Of a stretch of 64,000 nt of DNA, positions 1 to 10,387 are shown one piece after another. Each line of letters starts with the position of its first letter. Position 1 is the first letter of the stretch. Position numbers and translations under genes: made by a program. This DNA comes from Ferroacidibacillus organovorans (GTDB lineage: Bacteria > Bacillota > Bacilli > Alicyclobacillales > SLC66): contig NZ_LSUQ01000008.1 in the NCBI RefSeq assembly GCF_001642725.1, positions 1 through 64,000 of the forward strand, written 5' to 3'. The notes under the pieces are model-generated. The model searched no databases and was not told the DNA's origin. It worked only from the letters and a program-made list of their open reading frames with translations.

Positions 1-37
1 CTGCGTTTCATTAACGTGGGGGCTATTTTACGCTTAC
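1..37. mobile_element. Probable terminal inverted repeat of an IS66-family element inserted into drmA (rest of the element lies outside the window)
   Basis: Minus strand reads GTAAGCGTAAAATAGCCCCCAC from position 37. GTAAGCG is the typical IS66 terminus, and DrmA-like sequence stops here (LTGDNDMD then unrelated-looking residues). Confidence 0.5.
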
Positions 38-2912
38 CATCCATATCGTTGTCGCCCGTTAATACCTGAGCGTGATATTCGAAAGGCTCACTGCCTTTCC
101 AAAGTTTCCGCAACTCAAGGTCAGTTGACTCCATGAGACGGCGACTGACATCACGGGCCATACCCTTTTGATTGACGTACACTGATGACAGGTCGTACAT
201 AGTTAGAAGACTTAAAAATGCTTCACGATCAACGAGTGTACTGGACTTAAACCGAGACCAAGCATGAGCATCTTGATACAGTCTCATGATCTCGAGATTA
301 TATAGAAGTAAGCAGCGATTAATCACTTCATCCAGTGCCTTTGTATGAGGCAGAATCCCAAGGTATAACCGTCGGTCCATAGTTGGTTTACTAGTTGCAT
401 AGAACGACTCTCCGGGTTTGTATCCCGCAGAAGGATATCGTCGAGCTCTTCGTACGTACAAATGATTAATATGCCGTTCATACGCTTCGATTGTTGCAGT
501 TGCTGCAATCACTTTCGGTAAGTGAGAGGGCTTGTGGCCAAAAATCCTTGAGAATTCCTGTAGTGCTCCTTCATAATGCCCGTCAAGGGCACCTAGTTCC
601 TCTTTCAAAAGGTGAAGCTCATCCTGAATAAGTAAAGCAGGGACAGGATCGTAGAAGGGCTCCCGTAGATTTCGAACAATCTCCTGGTATGTCTTGGTGC
701 TTTTCGCTTTTTCATCGCATGATTTCCATTCATCGTACGCCCCAACGATACACCGATCCGAAAAATATCCGTGCTTTGAGCACCTTCCGTTAACTTGGCC
801 AAATAAGTGTGAAAATTCCCTATACCGACTCAGTATCGATAACTTGTCAACGGTACCGCAAATGACGGACGGAACAAATCGATAAATTTCGGAATCCGTC
901 GTATAAACTGGGACAACACCTTGTAACATGGGGCTCTTTGCCACAAAACAACCTGGATTGACACATCTGTGCTCTATTAGCCACTGGCGCTCATTAAACT
1001 CGAGATTCAGCTTCATGCCGCAATGCGGGCAACGATGTAACAACATCCTTTTTTGCTTCGACCGCTCGGATGAGAAATAACGATCTTTGGACTTTTTGGA
1101 CAAAAAGTTATCTGTGTTGCCACTACCAGCAAAGAAACCGATCGAAAAAACATCTCCAGAGAGTTCCGCGCATTGTTCACGGTATTCTTCCGCATAAATC
1201 AATATCCGTGCCAATCGGTCCAGTTGCTGTTTAGACAACATGCGGAGAGGAAACCGTATCCACGCTGAGCACCCAACTTTCTTCCCTCGCAGTCGGTCGT
1301 AAAATAAAGAGGTCGTAATTACGCCTAGATAGGCCTCTGTTTTACCGCCACCAGTCGGGAACCACAGCACGTCGGCAAACTCGTTTGATGAAATGATCTC
1401 ATCCCTTCTCGGATCCGAATCCAGTACTTCACGCGCCAACAAGCTGGGGAGTATACGTACGATAAAGACAATCTGGAACAGCCGCCATGAAACATATCTA
1501 CCTGCACCTGCTCGCGCAAACACTTCATTCATCATTGTGAATGCACGCATCAAGCGCGAGTCACGTTCCAGTGCATAAATTCCGAGATCGAATGAAGCAA
1601 TTTCCGCTTCAAATTCCTCTAAGTCTCTTTTGCAACTGGTGACCTCAGCATCTGTACGAAGAGGCTGATCGATATCCCCCTTGTTCAGGATAAAGGTGGT
1701 CCATGCCTCTCTATATGCTTTCATGTCTTGCGAAATTTTAGATAAATTTTTGATTACTTGGCCTGGCACTGTCAAGTCATCAAACAAGACTGAATAATCC
1801 TCACGGGTCCGGTAGTGAGTCTGAAAGTAGGCTGGAATTGTCTCTGTTCGTAGGACCACACCAGACGATGACTGATCCCGAACGCCGACGCAATTTACAC
1901 CACGGACATCAAACCTTTTGTCCGTCCGGTAATCATCAGGTGCCCCGTCAAATTCATAGGGAACATGCTGACCGTCTATCAACGTAACGTTCATCTGACA
2001 ATCAAAAAACTCTGAGGGGTGTCCCGTTACAGGTACCCCAGAATTCGGAGGGGAGGTTGGCGTCACATTGATCAAAGTAACAGAAATCCGATTCAAAATC
2101 TGCCCTTGTCTGTCACGATATTCACGTGGGTCTATATTAATGGAGGCATTCCAATTTGGAAACATACTACTGTCAGTCTTGACTTGATGAAGATAGGATA
2201 CGAATTCCATCTCACTGTGTGGAATATGTTCCATGGGAACAGCCCCGGTATGTTGAATAAGCTCTGGTTTTACGCAGAATACATCGCCCCAAGATTGGCA
2301 ACCACTAGTCGCCGCATTAATTACTTCCAACAGATCTATCGTCTGCGATTCCGAAATACCGCAGTCAACTTTCACTTTGATACCGTTAAACCTAACGTCC
2401 ACGCGCCGGTACTTTTCCAGCAATACAAGTCCCTTTTGATGCTCCGGAATAACGTCCTCATCGGTATTGCCCATTTCTATAGGCTCCTCGTCAGCCGCAT
2501 CATCCCCCGACTCAAGCAATTCAACCTCGTTCGCAGGCGCCTGTTTCATCAAGTGCTCCAAATATGGAAGTTGCTCCTCGTAAGTTGGAAAAACCCTTAC
2601 GAAGAGAGTGAAAACACCCGATATCAGAAGACTGACAACACCATTTTCGGGATGAACCAAGAACTCGATTCCTTGATTAACATTTCGTGCGATACTAAGG
2701 TATTGTGGTTGAGGGTCGACGTTTAGCGTGTTCTCCTCAGGTAAACGGCGTATAAAATCGTCAGACGGAAACAAAACGCCTGCAAAAATGCGGCGTTTTG
2801 GCTCTTCGCCAATTATCTCTGGTGAATTACGTCCTAATAAACCATCGCATACCACCTGGTGCAGATGATTAACCAGCGCAATTTCATCCGTAGCGGACGG
2901 CTTGTTATCCAT
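38..2912 (-). CDS. drmA: DISARM-type SF2 helicase DrmA, 5' ~958 codons (not in ORF track; frame stays open to the window edge)
   Basis: Manual translation from ATG 2912 (overlaps drmE stop): MDNKPSATDEIALVNHL...EEPKRRIFAGVLFP; Walker A LWFPTGGGKTEAYLG (~1325-1370); RFPLRMLSKQQLDR; ICGTVDK; motif II LIQDELHLLKEELG (~590-635). All are DrmA-family signatures. Confidence 0.85.
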
Positions 2913-5670
2913 GTTTAATTAACCCCCTTGACAACAGAGTATCGATTTCGGAATCCGAAAATCCGAAATTAGTGAATCTCGATTGCACTTCGTACACCTT
3001 ATCCCGCTCCACCAATTGAATCCTGTGTAAATCAATTACTTCAATAACATCATCCACCGGGATTCGTATCCCTTCACCAAGGTCAATCCATGATTCTCCT
3101 GGAATGCTCTCTAATCCACGCGTTGCTTGTTGGATGATTAGCTTTCCAAGCTGTTTACCAAGCTGAATATGTATGGTCCATAGCCTTCTCATAGCAGCAT
3201 AGATCTGTCTGTCCCTTCCAATAAATCGTTCATCTTCTGTAAGCTGTGCAATTGCACGAACATTCACTTCATCCCTAACAGACGTAACCTCACCCGTCAT
3301 CCAAGTCTTGACGGTCAGCCAGTGTACTCCCGTCCCACCGGCCGCTCGTACATTAGCGGCGATTTTCTCATAAGTGTTTTTTCGCGAATATGAACCTTGG
3401 GAAAACTTCGCCCAAACACTCCGGAGCATCTCTTTCCACTCATCTAGGTTGTTTTGTAACCACATCATAGTCATCGTGTTTGAGGCTGATTCCAACACTG
3501 CCTGAAATAACTCGTGACGCTCGGATTGTTTAACGCGAACCCATATATATCCAGCTTGAATTTCGAGTGGGGTCATTTCCTCTACCTCATTGCCTCCGGC
3601 CTTGATCACCCTTAAAGGTAGCCCATCCGCGATAAAAAAATTGTACGCGTTGTTGTTGCTTAACGATGTCGACTTTAATCGTAAGCAAGATACACTTTCA
3701 TCCAATGTATCGCTTTCATTCGAAAAAGCGAGTGGGCTTCTTGTGTGCTGATCTTCGATGGCATCTTCATGATCGGACAAAACAAGTTCTCTCAGCACTT
3801 CTACGCCAATTATCGGAGATAGACTCAAGTGTGGGTTCGTTCTTGACTCAGCAGATTTGAACTCTCGTCCAACGGGAGAGACCGAATACGTCTTTGTGTC
3901 GATGTTAAGACCACCTGATAAAGACGTGGAAGTTCCGGTCGTAGAATCGAGTGAAAACAACTCGGATAAGGAATTAAACATCGCCTCAATAACCTGATTG
4001 TCGACTTCAAATCTCTGCGTTAACTGTTGACGTGCTATAGCTTCCTCATACGTCGCGGAGACCATGAACAGGCTTGAACCCTTAGGGATGTAAAAGGAAC
4101 CAACATATTTCCGACGCCAAACACCAGAGAGGAGCCAAGTTCTTGGGATTTCAGCAGGCTTTTGATAAATCGTTCTCAGTTGTTCCTTGGCTAGCGTACT
4201 CTGAGTCAGGACGCTAATGTCTTTGAGGTCATTCAATGAAAATCTCCCTCTAGACCGCAACCAAAATTTCAATTCTGAAGCATTTGCGTCATCTCCTACC
4301 ACCACTATTGCGCGACGATTGCCCCCCAATTGTTCCATTAGGGTATTCTCAAGCACTTCACCCCGTGCACTGGATTTGTGGTTACGAAGTATTTGATAGA
4401 TTTGCTCAACATGGCCAACCAACTCAGGCACCAAAAATCGAATGATGGCTCTTTCCTCAGGATCGTCTGACCATATTTTCTTCGCAGATTCAATACGGTC
4501 AAGAAGTGTTTTTTCACCTTGTGCCCTCTTCGTTCGCTCGTACCACTCTACCGGTACTGTTAACGACAGCAAATCAAGAAGCACCCAATATAAAAATTCA
4601 ACGGATCTCGGTCTTTTGGGAAAAGTGCTATTGATCCGACTGATTAGGCCAAAAGTGGTCTTCAGCAATGCTTCGAACCCATCTCCGAAATCGAAACGGC
4701 ACATATGCAAATCTGGATTCCTGTCTAACAAAAAAGGTAACGAGCCCTGTAGGCTTAAAGATGCCGTAACAGGGTCAACCTCAGCATCGTCCAAACCCAG
4801 ATCCACCATGTCGTCCAAAACATTAATACTATGCAAATCTACAGGGAGCACATAGGGAAACTGGTGTACCCCGACTTTGAAAGTATCATCGTACCGGGGA
4901 GTAATCGCAATTACGTGGTCAGCCATTTGATTGGCCCATGCTAGTATTTCTACGAATCGCTTGCGATGTCTAAATGGGAGTAAATCCAATATCATGACCG
5001 CAGGCTTTTGGGTTAGCCTTTGAGGAAGCTCATGACGATACGCGCGAAACAAGCCCAGCCATGGTAGCGAACCGTCCACCATATCTCGAGACGTTCTAGA
5101 CTTTGAAGTACTCCCGTTTTGCAACGGCCTGAATTCTCCGGCCTCCAACGAGAAAACTGGTATGTAGTCGTGTAGAAAGGCACCGTTTACGTTGGCGCGC
5201 CAAATACTTGATGCGACCTCAATATTATCAGTGACGATTAAAACACCCGTCTCTGGTTCAAATCGGCCAAATTCGTAGTTTGCCAAAGAAGAACTTACAT
5301 GGCTCATTATTAAGTGGTAAGCCAATAGAAGTGCATAACTGTGAGAGTATGGTGGTAAACCCAAAACCCAGTTACCAGCGTGCGGAACCACTCGCGATTT
5401 AAGATAGGCTTTCAGGGAAAATGTTAATACAAAATTATCGAGGCCGGTTAGCGACACCGGAGAATCGATAGGAGGCAAACTTGTGTCATGGCTGAGCAAA
5501 CTTTCTCTTATACAGTACTTAGGGTGAGTCAACATCCCTCTCCCGAAGTCAAGCTGCGAGAAATCCACAATATTTGCCCAGTCACCGCGGTGCTCACGGT
5601 GCAAAAGCGGCGGTGGTTGAATGTTTTGTACGGCTTTGGATCTATCGAATCGATAAGCGTTTCCCGTCAT
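2905..5670 (-). CDS. drmE: DrmE-like protein (DISARM class II accessory component), ~921 aa
   Basis: Large ORF directly upstream of and overlapping drmA, the drmE-drmA order of class II DISARM. C-terminal WKEML...VKTWMTG...RAIAQL...IYAAMRRL...HIQLGKQL pattern is DrmE-like. Start moved to ATG 5670 (AAGGAG RBS). Confidence 0.65.
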   Translation of the reverse strand: MTGNAYRFDRSKAVQNIQPPPLLHREHRGDWANIVDFSQLDFGRGMLTHPKYCIRESLLSHDTSLPPIDSPVSLTGLDNFVLTFSLKAYLKSRVVPHAGNWVLGLPPYSHSYALLLAYHLIMSHVSSSLANYEFGRFEPETGVLIVTDNIEVASSIWRANVNGAFLHDYIPVFSLEAGEFRPLQNGSTSKSRTSRDMVDGSLPWLGLFRAYRHELPQRLTQKPAVMILDLLPFRHRKRFVEILAWANQMADHVIAITPRYDDTFKVGVHQFPYVLPVDLHSINVLDDMVDLGLDDAEVDPVTASLSLQGSLPFLLDRNPDLHMCRFDFGDGFEALLKTTFGLISRINSTFPKRPRSVEFLYWVLLDLLSLTVPVEWYERTKRAQGEKTLLDRIESAKKIWSDDPEERAIIRFLVPELVGHVEQIYQILRNHKSSARGEVLENTLMEQLGGNRRAIVVVGDDANASELKFWLRSRGRFSLNDLKDISVLTQSTLAKEQLRTIYQKPAEIPRTWLLSGVWRRKYVGSFYIPKGSSLFMVSATYEEAIARQQLTQRFEVDNQVIEAMFNSLSELFSLDSTTGTSTSLSGGLNIDTKTYSVSPVGREFKSAESRTNPHLSLSPIIGVEVLRELVLSDHEDAIEDQHTRSPLAFSNESDTLDESVSCLRLKSTSLSNNNAYNFFIADGLPLRVIKAGGNEVEEMTPLEIQAGYIWVRVKQSERHELFQAVLESASNTMTMMWLQNNLDEWKEMLRSVWAKFSQGSYSRKNTYEKIAANVRAAGGTGVHWLTVKTWMTGEVTSVRDEVNVRAIAQLTEDERFIGRDRQIYAAMRRLWTIHIQLGKQLGKLIIQQATRGLESIPGESWIDLGEGIRIPVDDVIEVIDLHRIQLVERDKVYEVQSRFTNFGFSDSEIDTLLSRGLIKHG

Positions 5671-6054
5671 GGTTACGCTCCTTAAAATCATCTTTGGACG
5701 GAGGAAGGATGAAAAACTCCTTCAATATCGAACGCGTTCGGTACCGTCCTTACTGATCATCATTCAATGTCCTGAAAGAACAGTTACGCTAACCCGAAAC
5801 CTTATCCTATTAAACCGAGATTCTCTCCACGAGACTTTACCGTAGGAGTGAGCAGTATCTCTACAAGGGTTCGACACAAGAACTGGAAAACCTTCAGAAG
5901 ATACTCCGTTGTCTTTACAACATTTGCTCGGCTCCGCTGGTGATGTTCATACTCATTGGTTGAGTCCCGTCCTTAAGCGTTTGGATTTGTGTTTCAGCGT
6001 GTTCCAGAATCAACCCGGAACATGCTACATAATATACCTGACGATTTCCCCTGT

Positions 6055-6383
6055 AGTTCACGCTCTTTGTACTCCATCCGTAGAAGTTGCAGTGTTACGC
6101 CTTTATGGCGCAGTTCCTGGTGAACGGATGCAAAGTCGGGCTCAGGCCGGGCAGCGGGGCGGCTCTGCAGCTTGTCGTACCAAGCCGTTTCGAGTTGCCG
6201 GTCATCCAGGTGGGCGGGAAGCGGCTAAGGGATGTCTGCCGCTTGAAACCGACCGATGAATTTTGCTCACGCCGCTTCGGGACATACCGAGGCTTCGCCC
6301 AGTGGCACGCTCACTTAAAGCAGCATCGTGAAACAGGCGAAGAACGTCGCGAATCTTGTACATGGGGCCCTCCGTTTGGCCAT
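6055..6383 (-). pseudogene. IS21-family IstA transposase N-terminal remnant
   Basis: Frameshifted pieces MYKIRDVLRLFHDAALSERATGRSLGMSRSGVSK and PEPDFASVHQELRHKGVTLQLLRMEYKE match the IstA HTH region. Confidence 0.7.
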
Positions 6384-6545
6384 GCAGGCTGTCACTCCTC
6401 TCGCTGAAAGGCATGTCCCGAGTGAGATGGATCCTCCTGCAAAGGTGCCAGACTGGGGTTCCTTCACTGTCATTCGCAGCCATATAGTTCGCCTACCAGA
6501 TTGGTAGAGCGGCAAGCACTTGGAGGTCCTTGCCGCTCGTCTTCT

Positions 6546-6977
6546 TCAGGCATCTTTATATTTGGGGTGAATAACAATCTGGCCCACGTTATTCGTGATC
6601 GGGGTGTTAGCCGTGCAGTAGAACTCTCCGCTGTTCTGTTGAACGAACAGCCAGCCAATCTGCTCATCGAACGCTCCGGCCTGACCAAGGGCGAAGTGTT
6701 GCCCCTCGTCATCAAAGATGTGACAGTCCCGAATGGCCTGGTTGCTTGCAGGTGCCTGAGCCACCAAGACGGCGCCATCAGTGAAAATGAATGTACAATT
6801 GGCTTGCGGAAAATCGAATTGAATCTGGCCGTCCATGTAGAAGTGAGGGTCACCTTGAATCTGATAGGTATGCTTGCACTTAGCCTGTGGTGTTGGTTCA
6901 ATCGTCAAGGATTGCCCACCCCAAGTAAACTTCCAATCATCCGCCAATACTGTATTCACATCGATACGTTGAGCCAC
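6546..6977 (-). CDS. Hypothetical beta-rich protein with GDPH motif (DUF1521-like)
   Basis: 143 aa; IQGDPHFYMDGQIQFDF...TFIFTDG resembles the GDPH...FDF...TF.L.DG pattern of DUF1521-type domains. GGGGG RBS upstream; 5 nt downstream of the preceding gene. Confidence 0.6.
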   Translation of the reverse strand: MAQRIDVNTVLADDWKFTWGGQSLTIEPTPQAKCKHTYQIQGDPHFYMDGQIQFDFPQANCTFIFTDGAVLVAQAPASNQAIRDCHIFDDEGQHFALGQAGAFDEQIGWLFVQQNSGEFYCTANTPITNNVGQIVIHPKYKDA

Positions 6978-6982
6978 AAGCC

Positions 6983-7147
6983 TTACCCCCTATTCTTCAA
7001 TGATCTGGCCACTTCGTGGCTGACGTAAGACGATAACGCTGCACCAACTAACGCACCGACTTGTCCAGCAATCATAGCTCCGATGAAGCCACCTGCTGCA
7101 CCGCCCACTGTCGCTCCAACCACTGCATCCTTCTTTTGAGGTGTCAT
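6983..7147 (-). CDS. 54-aa glycine-zipper membrane microprotein
   Basis: MTPQKKDAVVGATVGGAAGGFIGAMIAGQVGALVGAALSS... (GxxxG repeats); AAAGGAG RBS before ATG 7147. Confidence 0.7.
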   Translation of the reverse strand: MTPQKKDAVVGATVGGAAGGFIGAMIAGQVGALVGAALSSYVSHEVARSLKNRG

Positions 7148-7187
7148 ACTGCTCTCCTTTTCTGTCCGACGTATGATTGCTGTCCAT

Positions 7188-7216
7188 ATTCTATTACCGC
7201 CCATTTCGTTTGTCAA
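7188..7216 (-). promoter_or_regulatory. Sigma-A promoter for the glycine-zipper/GDPH operon
   Basis: Minus strand TTGACA (7216-7211), 17-bp spacer, TAGAAT (7193-7188). Confidence 0.7.
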
Positions 7217-7310
7217 ATTTTTAACTATATGCTAGTGAAAAAAGTAACTACAAGTTATCGGTCGATTGTGGTAAAATGATTAAAAACGGTGATTTTGAGG
7301 AGACGGATGT

Positions 7311-8384
7311 ATGTCACTAGGCTCACGGATCGAAGAAAAGCGGAAGGGAAAAGGTCTATCTCAAGAAAGCCTGGGAACCTTGGTAGGTGTTAGCGCTGCA
7401 TTTATCAGTCAAATAGAAACAGGCAAAAGGAATCCATCGTATGGCTTGCTGCAAAAGATCAGTGTTGAACTGGACGTACCGCTGGAATACCTTGTCGGCG
7501 GTGATATGCAAGCATTTGAAGACCCAAACACTAAATTGATTGCATCTATGATCCGGTCACTTGAAGCGGGTCAGAAGAAGCAGTTAGTTGATTACATACA
7601 TTTTCTAACGGGTACGAAACGATATTTCGACCTTCCGTTTCTCGAGACTGCTGTTGAGCATGCACAGTACCTTTTACGACACTATCGAATCAATGAACCA
7701 CCCATCGATCCGTTTCAACTGGCTACCCAAATAGGCGTAGAAATCGTGGAGTCACAAAATGAATTGGAGTATGAAGGTGCTCTGTATAAAGGTGGCGAGA
7801 AGCCAATTATCGTTTTAAGCAAGGGGTATAAACCTCGACAAAAGTTCACGGTTGCTCTGTTATTAGGACACGTCGTCATTCCGTGGCATGTAAAGAGTAC
7901 ATTCTACAGAGAAAGGTACAAACGGTCTTTAGAGGAAGAAAATATGTTTGCAATCGAGGCAAGAGAATTTGCTGGTGAATTGTTGGTTCCCACGGGGCTC
8001 TTGAAACGCGAGTTGAAATCCATAAACACTGGGATAGAAGGTTTTGAATGGCTTGCTGAGGAACGCTTTGGAAGCTCCCTGGTGGTGATTGGCCAAAAAT
8101 ATCAGCAATCTCACGGTAAGACATCAGCGTTTGTGACAGCAAACGGTATCAGCATCAATCGAAAATACGAAGCTGGATTTCCTTATCCGATTGTGGATCA
8201 TCTTCAAGACGGGTCATTGGCTTTCGAACTTATGCATAACCCCCCTAGTTCAAAACAAATAAAAAAAGGATTCGTGTCCTGCAAAGCATGGGTGAAAAAT
8301 CCTCCCAAGTCGTTCAAAATATATGAAGAAACATTGTTCGACCCTGCATTCGGATTCGCTGTAACATTTCTTCAGCTCAAATAA
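7311..8384 (+). CDS. XRE-family HTH fused to an ImmA/IrrE-like peptidase domain with a degenerate zinc motif
   Basis: N-terminal LSQESLGTLVGVSAAFISQIETGKRNPS (HTH_3); PIDP...RQKFTVALLLGH...EAREFAGELLVP (IrrE_N-like, with LLLGH in place of HELGH). Confidence 0.85.
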   Translation: MSLGSRIEEKRKGKGLSQESLGTLVGVSAAFISQIETGKRNPSYGLLQKISVELDVPLEYLVGGDMQAFEDPNTKLIASMIRSLEAGQKKQLVDYIHFLTGTKRYFDLPFLETAVEHAQYLLRHYRINEPPIDPFQLATQIGVEIVESQNELEYEGALYKGGEKPIIVLSKGYKPRQKFTVALLLGHVVIPWHVKSTFYRERYKRSLEEENMFAIEAREFAGELLVPTGLLKRELKSINTGIEGFEWLAEERFGSSLVVIGQKYQQSHGKTSAFVTANGISINRKYEAGFPYPIVDHLQDGSLAFELMHNPPSSKQIKKGFVSCKAWVKNPPKSFKIYEETLFDPAFGFAVTFLQLK

Positions 8385-8539
8385 TGTGATCTAAGCTGTT
8401 TTTCGCAAGCAGAAAGTGCAGAGAATCCTGGCCTGTTCCTGCCTTATCTGGTGATAAATCTATCTTTTTTATATTCCCTTTTCACTGTGTTAGAATTTCG
8501 ACATTGACAGTATCGTTCCCTTGAAGGACGGCGAGAACC

Positions 8540-10387
8540 GTGTGGCACGACAATGAAACGGATCGTGATTTTCTTAATTTCACTGATGTCACCGACACAG
8601 TGGCAGAAATTATCGTACAAGCTCAAGGTCGACCGATTTCTATAGGTGTTTCAGGAGCATGGGGTGTTGGTAAATCTTCCATGCTAAAATTCATCCGTCA
8701 AGCTCTTGAGCGGCACGGTGATCGTTTTGTATTTGTCGAATTCAACGCTTGGCTTTATCAGGGATATGACGACGCGCGAGCTGCCTTGCTCGAAGTAATC
8801 GCCAATAAGCTCGACGAGGAAGCTCAGAGTCGGCAAACGGCGCTTGACGAAGTAAAAGAACTACTCAAGCGAGTAAACTGGCTCAGGGTCGCGAAATTCG
8901 CAGGCGGACTAGCCATGTCCCTCGGCTTAGGGTTACCTCCCGTTGGGCTGGCAGGAGAAATATATCAAATTGGAGCAAAAGTGTTAGCCGGAAAAGCCGA
9001 CGCTCAAACAATAGGGCAAGTGAATGAAGTAATGTATAATACGGGTGAAGACATTCACGGACTGCTTAGACCCGAAAGTAACTTCTCCCCTCCCAAAGAG
9101 ATTAACGCAATACGAGATTATTTTCAGAGAACACTTGCTGAATTGGCAGTAAAATTAGTAGTACTCATTGACGACCTTGACCGTTGCCTTCCGCCAACAA
9201 CGATCTCCACCCTTGAAGCCATTCGCTTGTTTCTCTTCATGAAAGACACCGCATTCGTAATTGCCGCTGACGACACTATGATAAAACACGCGGTTCGCAG
9301 CCACTTTGCGAATGTGAATGAGTCAGCAGTTGTCAATTACTTCGACAAGCTCATTCAAGTGCCCATTCGCGTGCCACCCTTAGGTACTCAAGAGGTTCGT
9401 GCGTATATGATGCTGCTGTTCATCGAAAACAGTAGCATTCCAGACACGGACAAGGAAGAAATACGTACCAAAGTGTGTAATCAACTCACGGAGACTTGGA
9501 AAGGCAAGCGAGTTGATCGAGCATTCATTGAATCCATTTATAGCAACTTACCTGACGAACTAGAATCGCGATTGGATACCGCTGAGCGACTTGCGCCACT
9601 CATGACTACCGCGTCGCAGATATTGGGGAATCCCCGTCTCATTAAGCGATTCATGAATACTCTATCGATCCGCATGGCAATGGCTAAATCACGAAACATA
9701 AGTATAGATGAAGCGGTATTGGCAAAAATGCTTCTCTTCGAACGTTGTGCGTCTCCTGATGCCTATAACGTCCTGATTAGCTCCATTAATAATGATAATG
9801 AAGGTAAGGCCCGACTATTGGGTGACTGGGAGCGAAGAGCATTAGCCGGTGATGAACTGCAACTTAGCCAGCCTTGGGATGATCAATTTATCCGGGAATG
9901 GCTGACCATCACCCCACGCATAGCAGACATTGACCTACGCGGCGTACTGTATGTAAGCAGAGAACATGCTCCACTAATTACACCAGAAGACCAAATGTCC
10001 TCCGAAGGGGTCGAGGTGTTAGCGGCAATACTAGAACATCCGGATATGGCAGCAGAAATGCAGGAACGGTTGGCTCACCTCCCGCGACGTGATTTGGGCA
10101 TCATCATGGATCGCGTATTGGAACGTTCCCGAGAAGTACAAGAGTGGGGCACGCCGCCGATACTAAATGCGTGTCTCGCACTTGTGACTGCGGACCCGAG
10201 CCAAGGTGCAAGATTGGCGGCATTTTTACGTGATCGACCACCTGGTCAAATCAAGCCAAGTATTGTGCCCAAGATCGGTGATCAATCTTGGGCACCGAGT
10301 GTCTTCAGCAGTTGGCAATCGACAAATGTCTCTGGACCAGTCAAACAAGCGATAGAACGGGAGGTGGGTACACGTGGGCACCTCTAA
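8540..10387 (+). CDS. qatA: Qat anti-phage system KAP-family P-loop ATPase
   Basis: MWHDNETDRDFLNF start; Walker A GAWGVGKS; EFNAWLYQG; Walker B LIDDLDRCLP; NPRLIKRF; first of four overlapping genes. Confidence 0.92.
   Translation: MWHDNETDRDFLNFTDVTDTVAEIIVQAQGRPISIGVSGAWGVGKSSMLKFIRQALERHGDRFVFVEFNAWLYQGYDDARAALLEVIANKLDEEAQSRQTALDEVKELLKRVNWLRVAKFAGGLAMSLGLGLPPVGLAGEIYQIGAKVLAGKADAQTIGQVNEVMYNTGEDIHGLLRPESNFSPPKEINAIRDYFQRTLAELAVKLVVLIDDLDRCLPPTTISTLEAIRLFLFMKDTAFVIAADDTMIKHAVRSHFANVNESAVVNYFDKLIQVPIRVPPLGTQEVRAYMMLLFIENSSIPDTDKEEIRTKVCNQLTETWKGKRVDRAFIESIYSNLPDELESRLDTAERLAPLMTTASQILGNPRLIKRFMNTLSIRMAMAKSRNISIDEAVLAKMLLFERCASPDAYNVLISSINNDNEGKARLLGDWERRALAGDELQLSQPWDDQFIREWLTITPRIADIDLRGVLYVSREHAPLITPEDQMSSEGVEVLAAILEHPDMAAEMQERLAHLPRRDLGIIMDRVLERSREVQEWGTPPILNACLALVTADPSQGARLAAFLRDRPPGQIKPSIVPKIGDQSWAPSVFSSWQSTNVSGPVKQAIEREVGTRGHL

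Noticed and set aside
2019..2726. 235-aa plus-strand ORF and other short ORFs in 323-2726
   Set aside because: Antisense or off-frame shadows of the drmA frame; no motifs.
6501..7028. 175-aa plus-strand ORF
   Set aside because: Antisense to the GDPH gene, which has the promoter, RBS and operon support.
5870..8503. Spo0A-box-like TTCGACA upstream of drmE (5870) and qatA (8497)
   Set aside because: A 7-mer is expected several times by chance in 64 kb; no supporting tandem sites.
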